Shown: positions 7,498-14,514, numbered from the stretch's first letter. The stretch is 32,000 nt of DNA from Ktedonobacterales bacterium (GCA_030167145.1 CP126532.1:1470001-1502000); one strand, 5' to 3'. The notes: a model not told the origin generated them from the letters alone. A program made the numbers and translations.

Positions 7498-8832
7498 ATG
7501 TCCACACCCACCACACCCACCCACCGCACCGCCTTCATCAGCCACGCCCACGCCGACAACGCCCTCTGCGACCGCTACGTCGCCGCCCTCACCGCGCGTG
7601 GCCTCGACGTCTGGTACGACCGCACCAACGCCCAGATGGGCCACATGCTCGGCAACGAGATCCAGAGCCAGCTCGAGCAGCGTTCCGCCTTCGTCTTGCT
7701 GCTCACCCAGCATGCGCTCGACTCCTTCTGGGTCAATCTCGAAACCCAAACCTACCTCGGCCTCATGGCCCAAGACCGCACCCGCCTGCTTCTGCCCGTC
7801 CGTATCGGCCCCTGCGAAGTCCCCTCCATGCTCAACGCCTTCTTCTGGATAGACGCCCTCGCCATGCCCTTCGACCACGCCATAGACGCCATAACCTCCG
7901 CCCTCACCGTAGGGGCGTCCGGCGGACGCCCATCTGCCGCCGTGCCCTCGCCCACTGTAACGCCTTCCCCCACACCCGATCCTCTCCCCGCGCTTGGCCC
8001 CGCCCCCGCCCCGCGCGACGCCACCCCCGCGCTGCACCTCACCCCCACCTCACTCTACAACCTCGGCTTCCGCGGCTACAGTGTGCGCGGCGTCGAATGT
8101 GTCCTCCCACCACTCTGCCCCGTCCCTGGCGGCATCTTCACCATGGGCAGCGACAAGACCAAAGACCCCCAGGCACAAGATCGCGAGATGCCGCAGTATC
8201 CCGTCGAGGTTGGCTCCTTCGCCATCGGCCAGCATCCCGTCACTGTCGCCGAGTACGCCTGCGCCGTCCGCGCCAAAGTGGTCCGTGAACCGCCCGCGTT
8301 TGAATACGGTGGCAAGAAGACCGACTGGCAAACCCAACTGAAGCAGCCAGACCATCCCGCTATCTGCGTCTCCTGGCAGGACGCCGTCGCCTACCTGCGC
8401 TGGCTGGCGGGCGTCACCGGTCAGCCCTGGCGGCTGCCCAGCGAGGCCGAATGGGAGAAAGCCGCGCGTGGCGCGGACGGACGCCTCTACCCCTGGGGCA
8501 ACACCTTCGACAAGGCCCGTTGCAACACCAGCGAGAGCGGCATCGGCACGACCACCCCCGTCGGGCGCTATCCAACCGGCGCCAGTCCGTACAGCGCGCA
8601 GGACATGGCGGGCAACGTCTGGGAGTGGGTCAGCAGTCTCTACAAGTCCTATCCCTATAACAAAGCTGACGGGCGTGAAGACCAGAAATCTACTGATAAT
8701 CGGGTGCTGCGTGGTGGCTCATGGGCCGACGTTTCCAGGCTCGCGCGTGCGGCCGACCGCAACGAAGGCCGACCGGACTACTTCACCGACCTTAGGGGTT
8801 TTCGGCCCGCGTGGGCGGCGGCTGGTTCATAA
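7498..8832 (+). CDS. TIR domain - Pro/Ala/Thr linker - FGE-sulfatase (SUMF1/C-type-lectin-fold) domain fusion protein
   Basis: 444-aa ORF with SD AAGGGGGA at 7481-7488. N-terminal TIR_2-like motifs: TAFISHAHADN, LDVWYD, FVLLLTQHALDSFWVNLE (Glu82). C-terminal FGE-family motifs: GGIFTMGSD, HPVTVAEY, ICVSWQDAVAYLRWL, WRLPSEAEWEKAARG, YPWGN, QDMAGNVWEWV, RVLRGGSW. The FGE catalytic Cys pair is absent after RGGSW. Confidence 0.85.
   Translation: MSTPTTPTHRTAFISHAHADNALCDRYVAALTARGLDVWYDRTNAQMGHMLGNEIQSQLEQRSAFVLLLTQHALDSFWVNLETQTYLGLMAQDRTRLLLPVRIGPCEVPSMLNAFFWIDALAMPFDHAIDAITSALTVGASGGRPSAAVPSPTVTPSPTPDPLPALGPAPAPRDATPALHLTPTSLYNLGFRGYSVRGVECVLPPLCPVPGGIFTMGSDKTKDPQAQDREMPQYPVEVGSFAIGQHPVTVAEYACAVRAKVVREPPAFEYGGKKTDWQTQLKQPDHPAICVSWQDAVAYLRWLAGVTGQPWRLPSEAEWEKAARGADGRLYPWGNTFDKARCNTSESGIGTTTPVGRYPTGASPYSAQDMAGNVWEWVSSLYKSYPYNKADGREDQKSTDNRVLRGGSWADVSRLARAADRNEGRPDYFTDLRGFRPAWAAAGS
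7909..7931. repeat. Family A hairpin element located inside the TIR-FGE coding sequence (linker)
   Basis: gtaggggcgtccggcggacgccc is identical over 23 nt to the intergenic copy at 13207-13229. Here it is read in frame as VGASGGRP. Confidence 0.85.
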
Positions 8833-8906
8833 CGCAAATATGCTATTTTCTATTTTCTATGAATCGTCATTATGCGCGCATGTGTAGTGGGGATGGGCGA
8901 GTCTCC

Positions 8907-8930
8907 TTCGCGCGCAGCGCGAAAAATTTT
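8907..8930 (+). terminator. Possible intrinsic terminator downstream of the TIR-FGE gene
   Basis: TTCGCGC-GCA-GCGCGAA forms a 7-bp stem at 8907-8923, followed by AAATTTT. The U-tract is short and preceded by A residues, so this is weak. Confidence 0.3.
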
Positions 8931-9012
8931 GGCGATTTTGAGCGGCAAAGGATGAAGGGCGAGATCCCGACATAAAGCGCCGGTGGCTCATCCCGTTCAG
9001 AAGGGGCTGCCG

Positions 9013-9519
9013 TTAGCCGGGGAAATCCGCTGCTAGCCCGTGTATGCCGAGGGTGAGCGAGAGTTCGCCGCCGTGGTGCAGGTCGTGCTCCATCACATGC
9101 CAGACGACCCAGGCGCGCGACAACTCGACTCGTTTGCCATCCCAGTCGTCGGGGAACGTTTGTCGCATCGCGTCAGGACTCCAGCGCGCCAGACAACCCG
9201 CCATCATGTGCCAGGTGTGGTCGAGGGCCTGGGCCAGCTCGGCGGCAGGTGGGATGGACGCCCCTGGCGCGAGCGCCGCCTCGTTCCAGCCCGCATACGC
9301 CTTCACCGCATCGCCGCCATCCTCGCCCAGGAACTCGGTGAACCAGAACATGCGGCACCCGACGATGTGAAGCGCAATCTCGCCGATGGAACGCAGCCCT
9401 GGCGCGGCGCGCAGCACGAGCTGCTCGGCGGTGAGCGGCGCAGCCGCCGCTTTGATGTGCTCCTGGTATGCCTGCCAGTTGCTATAGAACGTCGTCAGCG
9501 TGAAGGTGTCTTCAGCCAT
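9013..9519 (-). CDS. DinB family (DinB_2-like) metal-dependent four-helix-bundle protein
   Basis: ATG 9519 gives MAEDTFTLTTFYSNWQAYQEHI...LRSIGEIALHIVGCRMFWF...WVVWHVMEHDLHHGGELSLTLG. The His triad pattern and length (168 aa) are typical of DinB/YfiT-like proteins. The upstream in-frame extension to 9570 is unlikely to be translated. Confidence 0.8.
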   Translation of the reverse strand: MAEDTFTLTTFYSNWQAYQEHIKAAAAPLTAEQLVLRAAPGLRSIGEIALHIVGCRMFWFTEFLGEDGGDAVKAYAGWNEAALAPGASIPPAAELAQALDHTWHMMAGCLARWSPDAMRQTFPDDWDGKRVELSRAWVVWHVMEHDLHHGGELSLTLGIHGLAADFPG

Positions 9520-9652
9520 ATCGTCTCGTATCTCCTGGTGTGGCACGTCGCACCGCCACAGGGATGGCATACTGCCACGCGGGCGGCCACGCGCGTCGCG
9601 CTCCGTGAACGCAGATCAACGTAGCCGCATTCTACCCCACACCTTCGCCCCC

Positions 9653-9715
9653 GTGCTCCGACCATTCATGGCCGAGGCGGGCAATCGTGTGCTCCGGCCA
9701 TTCATGGCCGAGGCG
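9653..9715 (+). repeat. Two 27-nt direct repeats with a 36-nt period, each carrying a GGCCATTCATGGCC-type palindrome
   Basis: gtgctccgaccattcatggccgaggcg at 9653-9679 and gtgctccggccattcatggccgaggcg at 9689-9715, differing at 1 position. Confidence 0.85.
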
Positions 9716-9860
9716 CATTACCCCCATCCTCGCGTCCCCAAATGACCGCATCTGACCACCCCCACCCCCGCCGCACATCCCCCACCGCATGCTACACTAC
9801 CCCACAGCGGACCCATCCCCACCGCAAGGAGCACCCATACCCATGCAACTTCTGCCACAG

Positions 9861-9885
9861 GTGGGGCGGACATTCTTGTCTGCCC
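9861..9885 (+). repeat. Solo family B hairpin element
   Basis: gtggggcggacattcttgtctgccc matches the family B copies at 7309, 10364 and 13282. Confidence 0.8.
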
Positions 9886-9979
9886 ACCCACAAACATCAA
9901 AACATCGGCCACATAGGCCACTGGCGCATGTACCGCCAGCGTCTCGCTGGCAACTCCGGCATCTGCACTTTGCGATACC

Positions 9980-10338
9980 GAAAAATCGGCCATATCGGCA
10001 ACTGTCATCCATGTGCATATCAGCAACTGCGGCCACTCCAGCCACTCCAACCGAGATTACCCGTGGCATTCATGCTACGTCCTCGCCCTACCACCCATTT
10101 CGCCCCACGCGCAAATTGCGAAAAATCGGCAGAATCGGCAACTCTCGCACCCGTCACCATTGCGAAAAATCGGCAGCATCGGCAACTGCCATCTATGCGC
10201 GCCACATGCAATTGCGGCGAAAACGGCGAAAAATCTCCAGACAATTCGCGCCAATTCCGGTCATCTCCCCCACCATCCCGGCCATTCCGGCCATTCCGGC
10301 CATTCCGGCAACTGTGCAAATCGGCAGAATCGGCAACT
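9980..10338 (+). repeat. Dispersed/tandem ATCGGCA-N2-ATCGGCAACT direct-repeat field
   Basis: gaaaaatcggccatatcggcaact at 9980-10003. attgcgaaaaatcggcagaatcggcaact at 10115-10143. attgcgaaaaatcggcagcatcggcaact at 10159-10187 (44-nt period, 1 mismatch). gcaaatcggcagaatcggcaact at 10316-10338. The core GGCAACT also occurs at 9949 and 10306. Confidence 0.8.
10272..10307 (+). repeat. 9-nt tandem repeat (GCCATTCCG), about 4 copies
   Basis: accatcccg gccattccg gccattccg gccattccg. A related ggccattccggcc occurs at 10348-10360. Confidence 0.85.
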
Positions 10339-10363
10339 CCCGTCTGCGGCCATTCCGGCCACT

Positions 10364-10489
10364 GGTGGGGCAGACATTCCTGTCTGCCTGCCACCATTTC
10401 GGCCACAATCCCCGCTCTCTGCCCCAAACCCGCGACGGCGGGTTTCGCGGCGGCACCCCATTCAGGCGCGGTTTCAACCGCCCGCTCTC
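10364..10489 (+). repeat. Composite hairpin-repeat module 2 (family B + family C/C2)
   Basis: Family B: ggtggggcagacattcctgtctgcc at 10364-10388 (perfect GGCAGACA-TTCC-TGTCTGCC). Family C: ccaaacccgcgacggcgggtttcgcggc...ttcaggcgcggtttcaaccgcccgctctc at 10424-10489, roughly 85 percent identical by eye to 7422-7475. Confidence 0.85.
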
Positions 10490-10607
10490 CCATCCACTCC
10501 CACGCCACCCCTCCATCCGTGCGTACAATGCAACGTCACACAACATCGTCACCACAACGGCTGCTCATCCATCGAGCAACCCATTCCCCAACTATCAGGA
10601 GCGCACC

Positions 10608-13157
10608 GTGAAGATTCTGGGCCGCATGGCCGTCTTCCCTTCCATACCCGAACGCATCAGCCGCCTCCACGAGCTAGCCTACAACCTCTGGTGGACCTGG
10701 AACCCCGAAGCCCAGGCCCTCTACGCCACCATAGACCCCGACCTCTGGCAGCGGTCCGAACACAACGCCGTCCGTGTCCTCGTCGAGGCCCCCGCCGACC
10801 GGCTCACCACCCTCGCCGCCGACGCCGATTTCCTCGCCGCCTACGACCACGTCCTGCGCGACTTCGACGCCTACATGCGCCCCGAATCCACCTGGTTCAG
10901 CCGCACGTATCCCCAGTACCGCGACAAACCCATCGCCTACTTCTCCGCCGAATTCGGCATCCACGAATCCCTGCCCATCTACTCCGGCGGCCTCGGCATC
11001 CTCTCCGGTGACCACTGCAAAGAGGCCAGCGATCTTGGCCTACCCTTCGTCGCCGTGGGCTTCCTCTATCCTCAGGGCTACTTCCGCCAGCGCATCAGCC
11101 GCGACGGCCGCCAGGACGCCATCTACGAAAAGCTCAGCTTCTCGCAGGTTCCCGCCACCCCCGCCACCGACCCCGACGGCAACGAAATCATGGTCAGCGT
11201 AGACCTCCCCGGCCGCAGTGTCTACGCCAAAGTCTGGCGCATCCAGGTGGGTCGCATCCCCCTCTACCTCATGGATACCGATGTCGAGCCGAACGCTCCC
11301 AACGACCGCACCCTCTCCGCCCGGCTCTACGGCGGCGACCACGAGATGCGCATCGCCCAGGAGATCATGCTCGGCATTGGCGGCGTCCGCGCGTTGCGTG
11401 CCCTGCGTATAGACGCCATGATCTGGCACATGAACGAAGGCCATTCAGCCTTCCTTGGCCTGGAACGCTGCCGCGAGCTGGTGCATGGCCTCGGCGTAGA
11501 CTTCTCTGTCGCCCGCGAGATCGTCGCCGCCAACGCCGTCTTCACCACCCACACCCCCGTCGCCGCTGGCAACGATGTCTTCAACTTCGACCTGATTGAC
11601 AAATACTTCGGCGACTTCTGGCCCCAGCTTGGCCTCGACCACGACGCCTTTCATGCCCTCGCCGCCCAGCAGACCGGCTGGGGCATGGGCTTCAGCATGA
11701 CCGTGCTGGCGCTGCGTATGGCCAGCCAGCGCAACGGCGTCAGCCGCCTCCACGGCGATGTCTCGCGCAAGATGTGGCATCCGCTCTGGCCCGACCTCGA
11801 TGTAGACGAAGTGCCGATCACCTCCATCACCAACGGCGTCCATACCGCCACCTGGCTTGCTCCGCGCCTGGACGGCCTCTATCAGCGTTATCTCGCCCAG
11901 GACTGGTATCAGCGCCTGGACGACCCCGAACTCTGGGCCAACATCAACGACCTACCCGACGCCGATCTCTGGCAGGCGCATCAAGAGATGAAAGACGCCC
12001 TCATCGCCTATGCCCGCGAACGCCTCGCCCGCCAGCGTGCCCGCGTCGGTGAGGGTGTCGCCTCGCTCCGCGCCGCCCAGCGTGCGCTCGATCCCAACGC
12101 GCTGATCCTCGGCTTCGCGCGCCGCTTCGCCACCTACAAGCGCGCGACCTTGCTTTTCCGCGACCCCGAGCGCCTCGCCCGGCTGCTCAGCAACCCGGAG
12201 CGCCCGGTGCGCATCGTCTTCGCCGGCAAAGCCCACCCCGCTGACAAACCCGGCCAGGATTTCATCCAGCGCGTCTACCAGTTCTCGCGCATGCCCGAAT
12301 TTGAGGGCAAGATCGTTTTCCTCGAAGACTACGATATTGACATGGCGCGCCATCTGGTCGGCGGCTGCGATGTCTGGCTCAACACCCCCATTCGCCCGCA
12401 TGAGGCCAGCGGCACCAGCGGCCAGAAAGCCAGCCTCAACGGCATCCCCAACCTCAGCATCCTCGATGGCTGGTGGGAAGAGGGCTATAACGGCCACAAT
12501 GGCTGGGCCTTCGGCGAGCGCCGCGAGTACGTGGACGACAACACCCGCGATGAAGCCGACGTCAGCGCGCTCTATGACCTGCTGGAGCGCGAAGTCGTGC
12601 CCCTCTTCTTCGACCGTGGCCCCGACGGCATCCCCCACGGCTGGCTCGCCGTAATGAAAGAAGCCATCCGCACCTGCGCCCCCCAGTTCAGCATGCGCCG
12701 CATGGTCAAAGACTACGTCAACGACCTCTACATCCCCGCGCTGCTGCTCGGCCAGCGCATAGACGCCGATAACTACCAGCAGGCCCGCGAACTGGCGTCC
12801 TGGAAACAATCGCTCCTGCCCGCGTGGGAGCGGGTCGCCCTCACCGTCGAAGGTCCGCGCGAGGGACGGCTCGCCATCGGCCAGCCGGTGCGCCTCACCG
12901 CGCTCGTGCGCCTCGGCGACCTCACGCCCGACGATGTGCGCGTCGAGCTGATCGCCGGGCGCGACGACGACGGCGTGCTGCGCGACCATCAGATCCTGCC
13001 GATGGAGCGCGAAGGCAATCCCGACAACGGCGTTTATTACTACGGCGGCCAGCTTGCGCCCGCCACCAGCGGCAGCCTGGTCTACGGCGTCCGCATCGTG
13101 CCACATCATACCGGCCTGCCCCACGCCTACGAAATTGGTCTCGCCCGCTGGGCCTAA
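10608..13157 (+). CDS. glgP: Alpha-glucan (glycogen/maltodextrin) phosphorylase, DUF3417-type GlgP
   Basis: GTG 10608 is preceded by AGGAG (10597-10601); the next in-frame ATG is 10626. N-terminal ISRLHELAYNLWWTWNPEA is a DUF3417 signature. Other motifs: YFSAEFGIHESLPIYSGGLGILSGDHCKEASDLG, FAGKAHPADKPGQ, and EASGTSGQKASLNG (PLP-Lys region). About 849 aa, as expected. The 273 codons open upstream (9789-10607) are repeat DNA, not coding. Confidence 0.92.
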   Translation: MKILGRMAVFPSIPERISRLHELAYNLWWTWNPEAQALYATIDPDLWQRSEHNAVRVLVEAPADRLTTLAADADFLAAYDHVLRDFDAYMRPESTWFSRTYPQYRDKPIAYFSAEFGIHESLPIYSGGLGILSGDHCKEASDLGLPFVAVGFLYPQGYFRQRISRDGRQDAIYEKLSFSQVPATPATDPDGNEIMVSVDLPGRSVYAKVWRIQVGRIPLYLMDTDVEPNAPNDRTLSARLYGGDHEMRIAQEIMLGIGGVRALRALRIDAMIWHMNEGHSAFLGLERCRELVHGLGVDFSVAREIVAANAVFTTHTPVAAGNDVFNFDLIDKYFGDFWPQLGLDHDAFHALAAQQTGWGMGFSMTVLALRMASQRNGVSRLHGDVSRKMWHPLWPDLDVDEVPITSITNGVHTATWLAPRLDGLYQRYLAQDWYQRLDDPELWANINDLPDADLWQAHQEMKDALIAYARERLARQRARVGEGVASLRAAQRALDPNALILGFARRFATYKRATLLFRDPERLARLLSNPERPVRIVFAGKAHPADKPGQDFIQRVYQFSRMPEFEGKIVFLEDYDIDMARHLVGGCDVWLNTPIRPHEASGTSGQKASLNGIPNLSILDGWWEEGYNGHNGWAFGERREYVDDNTRDEADVSALYDLLEREVVPLFFDRGPDGIPHGWLAVMKEAIRTCAPQFSMRRMVKDYVNDLYIPALLLGQRIDADNYQQARELASWKQSLLPAWERVALTVEGPREGRLAIGQPVRLTALVRLGDLTPDDVRVELIAGRDDDGVLRDHQILPMEREGNPDNGVYYYGGQLAPATSGSLVYGVRIVPHHTGLPHAYEIGLARWA

Positions 13158-13206
13158 CCCTCAGGAGGTGTTACGCCCCACGCGGGCGTCAAATCGAATG
13201 CCATCC

Positions 13207-13414
13207 GTAGGGGCGTCCGGCGGACGCCCTCTACGCGGTTGATGCACCTTCACAAATTGATGCCTGTATACTCTCGCCGCTGGTGGGGCAGACATTCCTG
13301 TCTGCCACCGTGCCCCAAGCCACGACGGCGGGTTTCGCGGCGACACGCCATCCGTAGGGGCGTCCGGTGGACGCCCGCCGCGCGCCCTGCTCCCCTTCCC
13401 TGGTAGGGAAGGGG
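13207..13414 (+). repeat. Hairpin cluster / composite module 3 between convergent glgP and clpP (A, B, degenerate C, A, D); probable bidirectional terminator region
   Basis: Family A at 13207-13229, family B at 13282-13306, degenerate family C at about 13312-13340, family A at 13354-13376, and family D CCCCTTCCC-TGGTA-GGGAAGGGG at 13392-13414. The cluster fills nearly all of the 278-nt gap between two converging stop codons. Confidence 0.8.
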
Positions 13415-13435
13415 TTGGGGGTTAGGTCGTTCCGC

Positions 13436-14104
13436 CTACCTTTGGCTTGCTTCAGCAGGTGCGCGGCGCGCCTTCCAGTCTTCGAGCGGCAGCACCTCGT
13501 CAATGATGCCGTACTCGCGGGCCGCCTCGGCGCTCATGTAATAGTCGCGGTCGGTGTCGCGCTGGATGCGCTCCATCGGCTGGCCGGTGTGCAGCGCGAT
13601 GATATCGTTGATCACCTCACGGGTGTGCAACATCTCGCGAGCATAGATCTCGATATCCGTCGTCTGCCCGCCGGGGCCGTTCGGCACCAGCGGCTGGTGC
13701 ATATGCACCCGCGCATGCGGCAGCGCAAAGCGGCGTCCGGGGTCGCCCGCCATCAGCAGGATCGTGCCGAAGCTGGCCGAGAGACCCACGCAGGTGGTGG
13801 CGATGGGGCAGCGCAGCGAGCGCATCGTGTCGTAGATCGCCAGCCCAGCGGTGATGATGCCGCCCGGCGAGTTGATGTACATGTTGATCGGGCGGTTGGT
13901 ATCTTCGCTCGCCAGGAACAGCAGTTCCGCCACAATCAGGCTGGAAAGCTGCTCTTCGATGGGGCCATTGACCAGCACGATCCGCTCGCGCAGCAGACGT
14001 GAGAAAAGGTCGTAAGCGCGCTCGCCACGTGCGCTGGCCTCGATCACCGTAGGGATCACCAGGCTGGCAGGTTGAGACATCGGCATATCGAATTGGGGTT
14101 GCAT
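13436..14104 (-). CDS. clpP: ATP-dependent Clp protease proteolytic subunit ClpP
   Basis: ATG 14104 gives MQPQFDMPMSQPASLVIPTVIEASARGERAYDLFSRLLRERIVLVNGPI...INMYINSPGGIITAGLAIYDTM...CVGLSASFGTILLMAG...HARVHMHQP, carrying the ClpP Ser/His catalytic motifs. 222 aa. Confidence 0.92.
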   Translation of the reverse strand: MQPQFDMPMSQPASLVIPTVIEASARGERAYDLFSRLLRERIVLVNGPIEEQLSSLIVAELLFLASEDTNRPINMYINSPGGIITAGLAIYDTMRSLRCPIATTCVGLSASFGTILLMAGDPGRRFALPHARVHMHQPLVPNGPGGQTTDIEIYAREMLHTREVINDIIALHTGQPMERIQRDTDRDYYMSAEAAREYGIIDEVLPLEDWKARRAPAEASQR

Positions 14105-14138
14105 CGTGAGCCTTCCCTTCAGATTGGCGCTCTGGCGC

Positions 14139-14411
14139 TCACACGGCGCGAACGAAATAGTAGGTGACATGCGCGGCGGCAGCCGCCGACAGGCTTGCTG
14201 GCAATTGGAGGATGCCCGCGAGCAGCCAGCCTTCCGTGCCCAGTTCGGTCAGCCGCGCCTCGTCCAGTGGTGGCTCTTCGCGCAGGTCCACCGTCAGCAC
14301 ACGGTACGCCCAGCGCGGCGGGTCAGCCCGCTCGTAGATGATCGGCAGCGGCGCGACCGGCTGCATGCCGGGCAGGTCGGCATTCAGAATCGTCGGAGCG
14401 AAATACGACAT
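14139..14411 (-). CDS. Small DUF4177-like protein, upstream of and probably co-transcribed with clpP
   Basis: 90-aa ORF with SD GGAG 9 nt upstream of ATG 14411. The pattern WAYRVLTVDL...LTELGTEGWLLAGI...YYFVRA resembles DUF4177 (WEYKVV...LNELGxEGWELV...FKR). The gap to clpP is 34 nt. Confidence 0.55.
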   Translation of the reverse strand: MSYFAPTILNADLPGMQPVAPLPIIYERADPPRWAYRVLTVDLREEPPLDEARLTELGTEGWLLAGILQLPASLSAAAAAHVTYYFVRAV

Positions 14412-14471
14412 GGTAGACTTCTCCTCTGGTCACTCACTTCGCGGTCAGAAGTCACATCCCGCCGCGTTGCC

Positions 14472-14500
14472 TTGAACCGTAGCCCAGTTTTCGCTAGAAT
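14472..14500 (+). promoter_or_regulatory. Sigma-70-like promoter for the ClgR-like regulator
   Basis: TTGAAC (14472-14477), a 17-nt spacer, then TAGAAT (14495-14500). It lies about 100 nt upstream of ATG 14604. Confidence 0.4.
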
Positions 14501-14514
14501 TGAAGGCAAAAGCG

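Noticed and set aside
7102-8037. 311-aa minus-strand ORF overlapping the MaoC start, the repeat module and the TIR domain
   Set aside because: It is a Gly/Arg/Glu-rich low-complexity translation, antisense to a well-supported TIR coding frame and running through REP repeats. This is the typical open antisense frame of GC-rich DNA.
8500-8832. The FGE/C-type-lectin C-terminus as the variable region of a diversity-generating retroelement (DGR)
   Set aside because: FGE-fold domains are common DGR targets. However, I find no reverse transcriptase gene anywhere in the window and no second (template) copy of the 3' end of the gene. This cannot exclude a distant trans-acting DGR.
9653-10345. CRISPR array
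   Set aside because: The repeats are short (9-29 nt), heterogeneous, irregularly spaced (periods of 9, 36 and 44 nt and longer) and lack unique spacers of uniform size. There are no cas genes in the window.
9789-10607. The N-terminal 273 codons of the 1122-aa ORF, which would extend glgP upstream
   Set aside because: This region translates hairpin and direct repeats into low-complexity H/P/R/S strings. The conserved phosphorylase N-terminus (ISRLHELAYNLWWTWNPEA) begins right after GTG 10608, which has an AGGAG SD. An ~849-aa product is the expected size.
11952-13124. 390-aa minus-strand ORF inside glgP (likewise 14757-15782 opposite the PIG-L gene and purD start, 29068-30150 opposite the TPR gene, and 27536-28186 opposite argD)
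   Set aside because: These are antisense shadows of strongly supported genes, with composition dominated by G, A, V, E and D from reversed GC-rich codons and no recognisable domains.
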